Assembly (NCBI GenBank): GCA_963662665.2
Contig: CAXXJS010000030.1
Span: 64,001 to 128,000 of the forward strand
Direction of reading: 5' to 3'
Source of the DNA: Candidatus Latescibacterota bacterium
GTDB taxonomy: Bacteria; Latescibacterota; UBA2968; GCA-2709665
Length of the DNA: 64,000 bases
The translations under genes and the position numbers were made by a program. Shown here in pieces: positions 16,869 to 27,613 of this stretch. Numbering within the stretch: position 1 is the stretch's first letter; each line of letters begins with the position of its first letter. The notes under the pieces were generated by a model, which worked only from the letters and a program-made list of their open reading frames with translations, had not been told where the DNA came from and did not search any database.

Positions 16869-19545
16869 AGATGTCCGATTATTCGGCCCAGGACTGGTTC
16901 AACACGGCACTCTCCATTTCTTATATCTAGGCAACCCAACCGACTCAAGAACTCCACAACCGACATACAGTCCTCGTGGGAAAGGTCGGGTGTTCCTTCA
17001 ACCAAATCGCGCAATGTATCTAAATCTTCGTACGAGAATCTTCCAAATTCCACTAAAGTCCGTAACACCGGTAACGACTCATCCTGAGAAACCAATCCAG
17101 TCTGCTGTAACAATTCGTCACCTAACTCTGATGAGGGACGGTCCAAATCCTCGATTAATGCGTTTGCGAACGAGCGGGGATCGTCATGGTCTTGGCACCG
17201 ACGCAAAAGATCATCCAGCAAGAAAGACCATCCGCCGGTGGCTTTCATCACCATCTGGTAGACCTCGGGCGAATCTAGCTTACCCGCCTGGCTTAGTCGC
17301 TGTCTTATCCCCACTTCGTCCCAGCGGCGGAGGTAGATGGGGTCAACCTTATCTTCCAGACCGGTTCGCCGGTCAGGGGGCACCTTTAGCCACGTCCAAG
17401 CAGCCTCTGGCTTAAGCAGAAAAACCACCTGAAGAGGCCGTCTACGCCTCTGGTTAAAGTCTCTGCACATTTCAGATACGTTCCAAACGCATCGCGCCAT
17501 TTCCCCACCGGTTCCGCGAAGCCGGCCATAGGTTAATGATTGCTCGACCCCTCGTTGCTTTCGGGCGTGGGAATTCAACCAGGCACAGGTTCTGTCGGCT
17601 TGGATCAATTCTTGGGCAGGGATCTTAATGCCTCCCATACGGATTAAAGCGCGGTCCAACACGTCAAACCCTAATGCTTGCGAGCCGAAGACTAAACTCA
17701 CGCCGGACCGCCCTGTTTGTTGCAGACGGCCTTCCTCCACCAGCGTCAACGGACTGTATCTTCGGCCTCGGTCGTCTAATAGTCGGTGATGACTATCAGG
17801 TTGAAACTGAGTCGGCTTAGGTTTATCCAATAGCTCCAGCAGTCGGTCTTCGATGTCCTCCTCGGTACCCATGAGACGGACTAAATTGGGACTGCGTAGC
17901 AAGTATTGATTTTCATCCAAGTTGTGTACCAATATGCCCAAGCCGACCATTTCTCCCAGCAATCCCCTCAATGCTTCAGTGTCGACCTGATCGAAACCCT
18001 GAGGCCACCATTCTCGCGCCAGGCGGAGAAGCTCGTTCACACTGAATGAACGGACATAGCTGTCTCGTTTCTCTTTTTGCACATAAATCATGGCCCACGC
18101 GATGCACTGATACCGTGAATCCAGTGCCAGAGTCCAATCGAGCCTTTCCCGAATGACCTGTCGAGCTTGAGACGATCGATATACCGCTTCGACATCCTCC
18201 GATAGTATCTTGTAAGGCGGTCCAGTTGTGGACCTTTTGGCTTGCAGCCGACGTACGAGTTCATGACAGAAATACTGTATTAGACCCGGATGGTAGTTGG
18301 TGTATGAAAGGACTTTGAGCACCGTGGTCTCATCAACGAACCGATATCCCAGCGTTTCCAATGGCTCTCGAACCAATTGCCGGGCAGACGGGGCTTCGAG
18401 TGGTCCCACTAGCAAGTTTTCCCCAAAATGCGCCAGCGGCTGGTTGGGGATATCGTTGAACCGCTGCACGTTATGTAGACCGGCAAAGACCACCTTGAAA
18501 CGGGATTGCGTATTCTGCATAAGGGATCTGAGTCTTTCGACGACTTGAAAGCTATTCTGAGCATCTGCACCCAATAAGGAATCGGCTTCATCAAACAGGA
18601 CGAGAACACGCCGTTGCGGAGATTCATCCATTGCGTTCTGCATGTGTTTGATGATATTGTCAGGCTGGTTCGCCGTTATGCTGTCCCTAATAAGTGAGTG
18701 TTTCTTAAAGCCATCGCGCAACTTGATCCATAACTGGTCGGGCTGTTCGCCCGCCAGGGCATCCCCCAATAGCTTGATGTCCTCGACCCAAGCAAATCGC
18801 TCCTGATCTGGCTGGTGAAATGTGCGCTCCACTTGGCGCAATAGAGCGGACTTGCCCAACTGTCTCCCACCGAATACGATGCAGCTACCGGCGTTTTGTA
18901 GCTGACGGACCATCCTGTCGCGGCCGTAGTACATTTCGGGCGGTACATTTCCGGCCTGGAACGGTGTATAGGGATTGAGAGCAGCGTAGGGTAAGCTACA
19001 ACGCAGGAATGCTGGAAGGCGGGTATCGTCAAACTTGGCCAAAAATACAAGTAGGACTTCATCTAGAACAACGAGAGCCAATTCCCGTTCTCCAGCGCGG
19101 GTGGCTATGTCGCGTCGCCGCCGCTCAGTTAATCGCCCGAGAAAAAAGACGATGACCGTCTTGGTATCCAGTCCTATGTCACGCAAGAACGCTCCGATCG
19201 AGGCCGCCCCGGGCCGTTCCCACAGACATACTACATTGTAGCAGCCATTGGCTTGCGAGCCCAACTGAGGGATCGGTCGTGCGAGATCGCTGGCCGACGC
19301 ATCTACCTCGCAGTGGAGCCAATCCCGGCCGCGACTCTTCACACTGACGGTCGACGCATTCCCCGGTAGATGAAAACCAAGATATGCCAACAAGACCGGG
19401 ACATGCCGATCGGCAACTGTTGGTTGGTCCTGATGGCGTTTGAGTAGGTGCCAGGATTTAAGTGCCCTAGCGGCTTCATCTCGGCGGGTTTTGGGTAACT
19501 CACCGAACGCCACCTTACCCCAAGTTTTGCCTTTCTCAATCACAC
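16865..19545 (-). pseudogene. 3' part of a large STAND/AAA-like NTPase gene interrupted by IS630
   Basis: NPY...YYGR, Walker A GGRQLGKS, Walker B VLVLFDEAD, YTNYHPGLIQ; joins 20770..23389 in frame when the IS is removed. Confidence 0.85.
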
Positions 19546-19547
19546 TA

Positions 19548-20769
19548 GTACCTATTGACTTCTAAGACTGGGCGTGCTTATAGTTCGATGTCTCCCCTGA
19601 AGACGAAGGAGCCATCGGCATGCCGAAGAAATACGTCGTACGTCTGAGTCCCGAAGAACGGGAACGGCTGCAGGATCTGGTAAGCAAAGGCAAGACGCAA
19701 GCGTACCGAATCAGGCACGCGCATGTGCTTCTCAAGGCCGATGCAGAGGGTCCGGCCTGGCTGGATCGGCAGATCACGGAGGCCTTTTCGTGCAATCGGT
19801 CTACGGTTGAGGGCATCCGGAAGCGTTTTGTGTTGGAGGGCCTGGATTCGGCCCTTGAGCGAAAGAAGCGCGCCCATCCTCCCACCGAAAGAAAGCTGGA
19901 TGGTGCTAAGGAAGCCCGATTGATCGCGTTGGCTTGCAGTGAACCTCCAACGGGACGTAAGCGGTGGACGCTGAAGCTTTTGGCCGATGAGCTCGTAGCC
20001 CTGGAGATCGTCGATAGCATCTCATACCGGACGGTGCAGCGAACGCTTAAAAAAACAAACTTAGGCCTCACCTGAGAACGTGCTGGGTGATTCCGCCCAA
20101 GCAAAACGCCGCGTTTGTCGCCGCGATGGAGGATATCCTGGATGTCTATCAGCGGCCGTACGACGCCCTGAGGCCCGTTGTCAATATGGACGAACACCCG
20201 GTTCAGTTGGTCAAGGAGACGCGTGTTCCGGTCACTACACGTCCGGGCAAACCTGAACGCTACGACTACGAGTATGAACGTAACGGAACCGCCGTGAACT
20301 TCATGTTCACTGAACCGCTTTCGTGCTGGCGCAAGGTCCGTGTAAGACAACGCAAGACCGCACTGGACTGGGCCCAGGAGATCAAGGAGCTTCTGGATAC
20401 GGACTACCGTGAAGCCGAAACCGTCGTCCTGGTGTGTGATAACCTCAACACGCACACGCCCGCGGCACTCTACGAGGCGTTCTCACCCGAAGAAGCTCGC
20501 CGTCTGGCCAGGCGTCTCGAAATCCACTACACGCCCAAACACGGGAGTTGGCTCAACATCGCCGAGATCGAACTGAGTGTCTTGAGCAACCAATGCTTGA
20601 AGCAGCGCATCCCCGATATCGATTCACTCAAAGAGCAGACTTCCGCTTGGACGAATGATCGCAACAACAATAGCAAGGCCGTCCATTGGCGGTTCACGAC
20701 CGACGATGCTCGCATCAAACTGAGAAAGCTGTATCCAGACTACGCCGTGCTTTAGCCGTCAAAGGGTAC
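19548..20769 (+). mobile_element. IS630-family insertion sequence (1222 bp)
   Basis: Imperfect terminal IRs GTACCTATTGACTTCTAAG / GTACCCTTTGACGGCTAAAG; TA duplicated at 19546-47 and 20770-71 within CTAG. Confidence 0.93.
19620..20755 (+). CDS. IS630 transposase (orfA HTH 19620..20075 plus orfB DDE, joined by a -1 frameshift)
   Basis: A7 tract at 20049-20055; the -1 frame reads KNKLRPHLRTCWVIPP; DDE motifs MDE, CDNLNTH, WLNIAEIE. Confidence 0.9.
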
Positions 20770-23389
20770 TAGCCAATTGATTGACATTCCCCAAACTAGT
20801 AAGCCCCGATTCGATAACAGGACTAGCAACTTGGAACTCCGTTAAGATGTCACGCTCGTACGGTGGGGCAAACCACGCGCTCTCCCATTCTCTCTCGCCT
20901 TGGAGGACTTCGCGTAGGTGGGCTAAGCCTTCGTCTACGACTCTGGTGTCGCTCTGTTGAAAAGCTTTATCGAAAAATACCTCTACGGTTCTTAGCTGCT
21001 CAACTTGGATCTTTTGCTCTAGCACTTGCCGAATTTGTGCCCATTGACTCTCCAACTCTTGCAATCGGTCTGCGCGCTTTTGTTTCAATTGCTTCTCAAT
21101 ATCATCTAGCCGTCGGAACAGGGGCCCAAAGCGCAAGGGCTCTTCAATAGCCGCCGTTTCCATCGCGGCACTCATATTGGTACGTTCTTTTTCAACCAGC
21201 AGCCCGTCCACCATACCCTGTTCAATTTCGCTCCGCACTTTGGCGACCCCTTCCAATAAAGCCGTCCGGGATCCTTTGAGAGACTCTTCGTTTCGATCCA
21301 CAAATAACCTGCGCTCCTCGTCGTCCTTTAACGCGCTCTGTAATACATCGGTGAAGCGAAAATCCTGTCCTTCAATACGCATGCTACAGGCCGTACTTAA
21401 TTCACGTTCCTCAGCCAAAGATTGGCGCAAGAACGTGGCGATCTCGGCTTTATTATCCTCTCCAGGATAGCCGTCGTCGTCAAGGGACACTTCAGGGAGC
21501 CATAATAGGCGTCGTGCCAACGCCTGCTGCAACGAGATGCTCTCTCGCCGCATCCACATGTGGGGTTCTTTCATATTTGATTGTTCCTCTAACCCTAACA
21601 TACCTACTACCTGGTCAAAAGCCCGACGAAGAACATAACCACAGGCGGCTTCCGGCTGGGCTTGATCATCTCGTTGCATTAGGTCCAGTTCGGATTTGAT
21701 TTCCGGCCGGACGGTGTGTATATGATCATGCAACTCCTTCACTTGATCCGTCCACCAGTCACCCTTGTTTCTAACGAACTCTTGCTGCTCAATTAAGGAA
21801 CACCAGTTGTCCGCCAATGTTACTGCTTCTTCGACACTTCGTACTAATTGATCTCGGAAAACCCCGGACAGTGGCTTGGACGGTCGAGAAGATGCCAACT
21901 CTTGGTCGATCTGGTGGATGCGGTCTACAATCTGGGCTCGCCTTTGGAAACGCAAAATGCGCTCCCGGACCTGAACTATTTGATCTACTTGGTTATCCTT
22001 TACGGGAGTGAGAATGAAACTTAAATCGCCCTCTCGCTCAACTAGATACCGCAATATGTGAGTCGCCCTCGGGATTATCAGTCTCCGGTTTTGATTATTT
22101 TCCAAGAGCCGGCCAGCGTCTTTTGCAGTCCCGTCGATTTTTTCATTGATAATTGCCTGGTTCTCGACTCCTCGTAGATCGTCGTTTCGGAGAGGAAAGC
22201 CCGCTCTGGCAAAAACCCGGATAGCGTCGGAGAGTGCACCAAAGGCGGGATTGACTTCATCTCTTTGAGGAAGCCACCCGACGAGCCCGGCATGCGGGGC
22301 AATCAAGCTGGGACGAAGTGCCGCAGCCAATCCCAGTAGTTTTTCCGTAGTAGTTTGAGGTGCCCAATCCGAAGCAATTTCCAAAATGTCGCGGACTAAA
22401 CTGTCAGCATCGTCTTCCAACCAACGTGAACCCTGAAGCACGGTGAGCAGTTCAGGCGCAACAGGTACGTCACGACCGGATGCTCTTAGAGAACGAACCA
22501 GCCAATAAGCTCCGGCCGAATCACCTTCAGCTAATAGGCTCCAACTCAATGATTCCCAGTTTTCATCGGAGTCGTCTTTTTGTAAAAGTGCCGCTACATC
22601 CTGAACGGAGCGCAACGTTGGTGGCTTTTTTTCGGGGGGCTGGGGTGCGGACGTGGTCGGCTGGGTAGGCTTTGGTTCGGACTCTTCTCGCTTGTCTAAA
22701 CGTTCGGCTTCGTCCTTTTGCCCTGTGGAACTGGTTTCCCTCTTGGATTCTTCTTCGGATGGATGAGTTTCTTTTTTTTCCTCAAGCTGTTCGTCAGAAT
22801 CTGGGCGGTCGCCAGAAGTACCTTTTCCGGGCTTAGGGGGTTCCGTGCCGGGGTCGTCGTCGTCTTCAACTTCCTCATCTTGAGTCTGTTCCGGCTCCGG
22901 TTTGGTCGCCGCAAACCCCTGGTCGAGTTGCTTCGCCAGTGAATTTATCCGATCTTCCGTGTCGTTCAAGTCCGTCCGATGCTTGCGGGTTTCCTGGAAG
23001 TTTTCAGGCGATTGCTGCTTTAACAAGCGAAGCCCATTTAACTGCTCCAGCAGACTTCCCACCGTTTTCGCACGCTCCGAAACTTCGTCAGTAGGGCAAT
23101 CAGCCGCAAGCCAGTTGGCTATGTCCAAGTTCTCGAATTCAAAAAACACGATCTCGCTGGCGTAGTCCGCTCGCAATTGGTCCAACGCCCGTTGAAGATG
23201 CATGCGTCCGGCCTTCTTCCGCTCGTCGGACTTCCGATCAGCAATGAGCCGTACCTGTTCGACGAATCCGCTGACCTGATCTGATTCCCATTCCGAAGCA
23301 TCGGAAGGCCACTCTCGCAGTTCCTCAATAACATTGGCCCATCGCGTAACCTTCAGGCTCTCGTCATTGTGAATTTTGGCATCTCCCAT
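20770..23389 (-). pseudogene. 5' part of the IS-interrupted large NTPase gene (helical, with an acidic/Pro-rich linker)
   Basis: 874 codons ending NQLAS at the IS junction; continues VIEKGK after the IS. Confidence 0.82.
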
Positions 23390-23454
23390 ATACGATCCTC
23401 AAAGTAGAATAAGCAGGATACGTTCCCGCATCATTTCGACCGTTGCCACCCCCC

Positions 23455-24753
23455 TCAATCCGCGGGGACCATTTCGGGGGCTTTGCGCGCGAAGGTATCG
23501 ATGGGCGGGAGGTTGCGGTCCGGGCCGAGTTCGAGCTGGCGTGGGCCGACCAGGATGTCCAGGTTGTCGCGCGTTTCGGCCATGTCCAGGTAGGCGGTGG
23601 AGGCTTCGACTTCACCCAGGTCCAGCGTATTCCTGATCCAGAGCACTTTGGCGTCGCACGGCTCGATGAGTCCGATGGATTCCAATCCGATCTGCAGGGC
23701 GTCCTCGTCGGTGGGAAAGTGCATGGGGATGGAGGCGGCGGGTGGATGCTGCCCGGTAATGGCGTTGATGTTCGTCGCGTAATGGTCGATTTTCTCGACC
23801 AGCCGGTCCGTGGTGAATTCGGCCATACCCACGCCCACGGCGTTGCCGTGGGTTTTTTCCGTGAGATCCCGAACGAAGATCCGCAGCACGCGAGGCGTGT
23901 CGCCGTCCATCGCACGGCGTTCGTTGCGCTTGCGCCCCACCACGTTGGTATCGATTCCGGAGCCGCTGATATCTTTACCCATTTCATCGATAATCAGCAG
24001 GTCCACGTCGTCGAACGGCAGCCGGGGGCACCAGGCCTTGGCCTTGACCAGAAGTTCCTTCTCCGCGCTTTCGAAATCCCGCGCGGGAACCGCGGCAATT
24101 TGCGCGGTTTCGTCGTAGCCGTTTTCAAGCAGGGCAATACCGAACGAAATCGGCATCTTTTCCCGGACCGTCTTTCCTACAACGCGCACGATCTTGTCGA
24201 AAGAGTGGTGGATTATGGCCCGGTGGTAAATCGTTGCGCCCTTGTGCTTTCCCAGGCCGATGAGCATCATCTTCATCAGTCCGCTTTCGATTTCACCCAC
24301 GAAGCCGGTGTGGGGTTTTACGCGGTTGACAACGACCACGTGGTCGGCCTCGGAGGCGCATTTGTCGAAATAGACCGGCATACCGAAATCGGTGACGCCA
24401 ATTTCAATCACGTCCATGGAGGACCTGACGGGGGCGCCAACCGCTGCTTCGGTAATGCCGTAATCGGCGAGGATCCCGGCCTGACCCTCCGCCGTGCCTC
24501 CGCCGTGGCTGCCCATTGCGGGAACGATAAAGGGCCTGGCGCCCAGCCCCACCATTTCGCTGACAATTGTCGCGATGACCGTGTCCAGGTTGGCGATGCC
24601 CCGTGACCCTGCGGCGATTGCTACGGTGTGTCCGGGCTTGATGGTTTCACCTGGGTTGAGGTTCCGGATTTCGCGCCGCGTGGCGCCCGGAATATCGTCT
24701 ACGCGCGGCGCGTCGAAATGTTGGCGAATCCGAAACATGCTGGGGTATTGCAT
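23455..24753 (-). CDS. LarA/DUF2088-like (nickel-pincer-dependent isomerase superfamily) protein
   Basis: IAAGSRGI, PAMGSHGG, NRVKPHTGF, IGLGKHKGA, GKDISGSGIDTNV. Confidence 0.8.
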   Translation of the reverse strand: MQYPSMFRIRQHFDAPRVDDIPGATRREIRNLNPGETIKPGHTVAIAAGSRGIANLDTVIATIVSEMVGLGARPFIVPAMGSHGGGTAEGQAGILADYGITEAAVGAPVRSSMDVIEIGVTDFGMPVYFDKCASEADHVVVVNRVKPHTGFVGEIESGLMKMMLIGLGKHKGATIYHRAIIHHSFDKIVRVVGKTVREKMPISFGIALLENGYDETAQIAAVPARDFESAEKELLVKAKAWCPRLPFDDVDLLIIDEMGKDISGSGIDTNVVGRKRNERRAMDGDTPRVLRIFVRDLTEKTHGNAVGVGMAEFTTDRLVEKIDHYATNINAITGQHPPAASIPMHFPTDEDALQIGLESIGLIEPCDAKVLWIRNTLDLGEVEASTAYLDMAETRDNLDILVGPRQLELGPDRNLPPIDTFARKAPEMVPAD

Positions 24754-24840
24754 ATGGGGCCTCCGGTAGTCGAGGACGCTGGTCAGGTATCAAGCGGCAA
24801 TTAAACGGGTTTGCCGTTAAGGATCGGATGCGATGGACCA

Positions 24841-25998
24841 TCACATCGCGGCTTCGTACAACGCAATAATGTCCTTGAGTGTGGTGTGGCGGGGGTTGAT
24901 CCGGATATTTCCGCTCTTCATCGCATCTTCCGCCAGTACGGAAATGCCTTCGGGCGGGACGCCGACTTCGGAAAGCGTTCCTGGTATACCCACTTCCGCC
25001 GCCAGGGCTTTCACGGCTTCCACGGCAACGTCGGCGGCCTCCACGTGGGACAGGCCATCGATATTCTCACCCAATGCAGCGGCGATATCGGCGAAACGTT
25101 CCGGACAGGCGACTTTATTGAAGTCCATCACCCGTGTGAGCAGGATGGCGTTGGCAACGCCGTGAGGGACGCCGTAGTGGCCGCCCACGGCGTGGGACAT
25201 GGCGTGCACGTTGCCAAGGCGCGTCTGCGAGAAGGCGATGCCCGCCATATTGCTTGCGAGAAGCATCTGTTCGGTGGCGCCGTAATTGTGGTGGCTTGAC
25301 GCGGCCTGCCGGAGGTTGCGCGCAATAAGCCGGATCGCGTGCAGCGCCAGACCGTCGGAAATGGGGTTGGAGGCAAGGGCCACGTAGGATTCCACCGCGT
25401 GGGTAAGCGCGTCCATCCCGGTGGCGGCGGCGATTGGCATGGGCAGGGCAACGGCCGCATTGGTGTCGAGGATGCCGACGTCGGGAATGACGTGCGGGCC
25501 GCCAACAGTCGCCTTGAAGTGGTTCCTGTCCGTGACAACGGCGAACGGAGTGACTTCGCTGGCGGTGCCGTAGGTCGTGGGAACGCACAACAGGAAGGGT
25601 ATTCGTTTCCGGTCTTGAAGCAGGCCGAAGTGGTCTTCGATTCGGCCCCCGTTGGCGGAAAGCACCCCGGCACACTTGGCGGTGTCCATAGAAGACCCGC
25701 CGCCGATGGCCAGCAGCCAATCGCAGGCTTCTGACTCGTACAGATCGAAACAGGCCTGAACGACGTGAGCCGGAGGGTTTTCTTCCACGTCATTGTAAAC
25801 CACAAACGGGATACCCGCAGCCTCCAGGACTCTGGTGGTCTGCTGCGCCACGCCTGCCTTGACGAGGCCTTTGTCGGTAACGACGAGGGCCTTTTTTTCA
25901 TGGCGTTCGGAGAGAAGCTTTGGTATTTCCGAAACACTGCCGCGGCCGACAATAAGGCGGGTGGGGGAATGGAAAGAAAAGATATTCTGATCGGACAC
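24841..25998 (-). CDS. Iron-containing alcohol dehydrogenase
   Basis: GGGSSMDTAK, VPTTYGTASE, GMDALTHAVE, HAMSH, HGVAN. Confidence 0.93.
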   Translation of the reverse strand: MSDQNIFSFHSPTRLIVGRGSVSEIPKLLSERHEKKALVVTDKGLVKAGVAQQTTRVLEAAGIPFVVYNDVEENPPAHVVQACFDLYESEACDWLLAIGGGSSMDTAKCAGVLSANGGRIEDHFGLLQDRKRIPFLLCVPTTYGTASEVTPFAVVTDRNHFKATVGGPHVIPDVGILDTNAAVALPMPIAAATGMDALTHAVESYVALASNPISDGLALHAIRLIARNLRQAASSHHNYGATEQMLLASNMAGIAFSQTRLGNVHAMSHAVGGHYGVPHGVANAILLTRVMDFNKVACPERFADIAAALGENIDGLSHVEAADVAVEAVKALAAEVGIPGTLSEVGVPPEGISVLAEDAMKSGNIRINPRHTTLKDIIALYEAAM

Positions 25999-26094
25999 GA
26001 AACGTGCTCCCATTAGTAAAGATAGAATCCGAAAATGCCGTTCCATAATTTAGGCGTTACGTCACGTGCGGACAAGCAGATTCAGCGGTAAAGG

Positions 26095-26379
26095 CGGTGA
26101 GACGTGAGAGGGGAGACGGGAGATGATGCCTCCGCGTCTACAGGATATCGCTATGGCCTGGCGATGTCTATCAGCGTTACGGGCGGGACCTCTCCCCGCG
26201 GCCGCTCACCCCCGGGTGAGACGGAAGACGGGAGAGATTGCCTGCCCCGTGCGGTTTCATATCTTGCCAATGGCATTGAGGACGAACCAAACGGGCAAGG
26301 ACATCTTCTACCGTCTCACCTCTACCCTCTTCCCGCTTTCAGGTTTTTCCTCTGCCGGCTTACGTCTTACGTCTCACCG
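26095..26379. repeat. MITE-like element bounded by heptamer-based inverted repeats
   Basis: CGGTGAGACGTGAGA (26095-26109) vs the reverse complement of 26365-26379 (14/15 match); same motif at 56419-56433. Confidence 0.55.
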
Positions 26380-26402
26380 GTTTTAGGGATTGATCCCGGT
26401 AG

Positions 26403-27416
26403 TCAGAAGATCTTGCCGATTTCATCCCGGTCGAATTCGGGGAGATCGGTCCAGCGGTTCTGAACGCGAACCCTGATTCCGAATTCCGGTGATTCCACGC
26501 GGCCGATGATCTCACAAGGGATGCCCGCGGTTCGGATGGCATCGCGAACCCGTCCGGTGTCTTCCGGCGCCAGGCCGATGAGCAGCGCGCCGGAGGAGAT
26601 AACGCCCAGCGGATCGAGTTGGAAGGCGTCACAGAGGAGGCGCGTTTCTTCCGAGGCGAAGAGTGCCTCCGAGTCCAGGGATAACCCGCAGTCCGAGGCC
26701 GCGGCGAGTTCGCGCAGCGCAGTGGCGACACCGCCTTCGGTGGGATCGTGCATCGCGTGTACAGAAGCGGTTTCGCAGGCGATGCGAGCCTCCTTAAGGA
26801 TACTGATTCCCGGTTCGCGAAGGTAGTCACGCGCGATCCTGAGCAGGGCCGGGTCGAATCCCCGTTCGCGCAGTTCGGTTTCTTTCTCCCTGGCCAGGAT
26901 GGCGGTGGCCTCGACCCCCAACCCCCTGGTCAGCAGAATGCTGTCGCCCGCCTGCAGGCCACTCGACCGTACAAGTTTATCGCGCGAGACCTCGCCCAGC
27001 ATCTGGCCGGCGACGATCGGCCGGTCCAGCCCCGCGGTGATTTCGGTATGGCCGCCGCAGAGGGAGACACCGATTTCACCCGCCGCGCGGCGGAGCGAGT
27101 CGAAGATGGTCCGGACCAGCGTTCCGTTCGTCTGGCCTTCCGGCAGGAGCAGCGTGGCCAGGAACCAGCGGGGAACGGCCCCCATTGTCGCAACGTCGTT
27201 CGCGTTGACGTGGACCGCATAGTGGCCGATTTCGTCCGTGGCGAAGGTGATGGGGTCGGTTTTCACCACGAGGCAGGTCTCGCCGAAATCGATGACGGCG
27301 GCGTCCTCGCCCACCTGGGGCCCCACCAGAACGCGCTTGTCTTCCACGACACAATCTCGAAGAAGACCGGAAAGCAAATCCAGCGGGAGTTTGCCGGTTG
27401 GCAGGAAGGTACACAT
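26403..27416 (-). CDS. AIR synthase-related (PurM/HypE-like) protein
   Basis: GEDAAV, KTDPIT, VNANDVATMG, GGHTE, AMHDPTEGGV. Confidence 0.88.
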   Translation of the reverse strand: MCTFLPTGKLPLDLLSGLLRDCVVEDKRVLVGPQVGEDAAVIDFGETCLVVKTDPITFATDEIGHYAVHVNANDVATMGAVPRWFLATLLLPEGQTNGTLVRTIFDSLRRAAGEIGVSLCGGHTEITAGLDRPIVAGQMLGEVSRDKLVRSSGLQAGDSILLTRGLGVEATAILAREKETELRERGFDPALLRIARDYLREPGISILKEARIACETASVHAMHDPTEGGVATALRELAAASDCGLSLDSEALFASEETRLLCDAFQLDPLGVISSGALLIGLAPEDTGRVRDAIRTAGIPCEIIGRVESPEFGIRVRVQNRWTDLPEFDRDEIGKIF

Positions 27417-27475
27417 ATTCGCGGGTTGACTGAAAGGTCGACAGAAGCCTGGGGTGTTCACCGCCACTGGAATTT

Positions 27476-27504
27476 ACGATAGGCCAAATCCGGGGGGTTG
27501 TCAA
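27476..27504 (-). promoter_or_regulatory. Putative sigma70 promoter
   Basis: Minus strand TTGACA-N17-TATCGT upstream of the HypE-like gene. Confidence 0.55.
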
Positions 27505-27613
27505 TGGTTTTGCGGGGTCACATTGCGATCCATCCCGGGAAGGTCGGCAGAACCGTCGATTGGATGATTTTTCAATCCGTGCCGGTTGCCTGTTGACGGA
27601 ACCCGTAGCGGGA

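Noticed and set aside
19562-20455. 297-aa minus-strand ORF
   Set aside because: Antisense shadow of the IS630 transposase
26403-27416. Hydrogenase maturation (hypE) locus
   Set aside because: No other hyp/hydrogenase genes and no C-terminal PRIC motif
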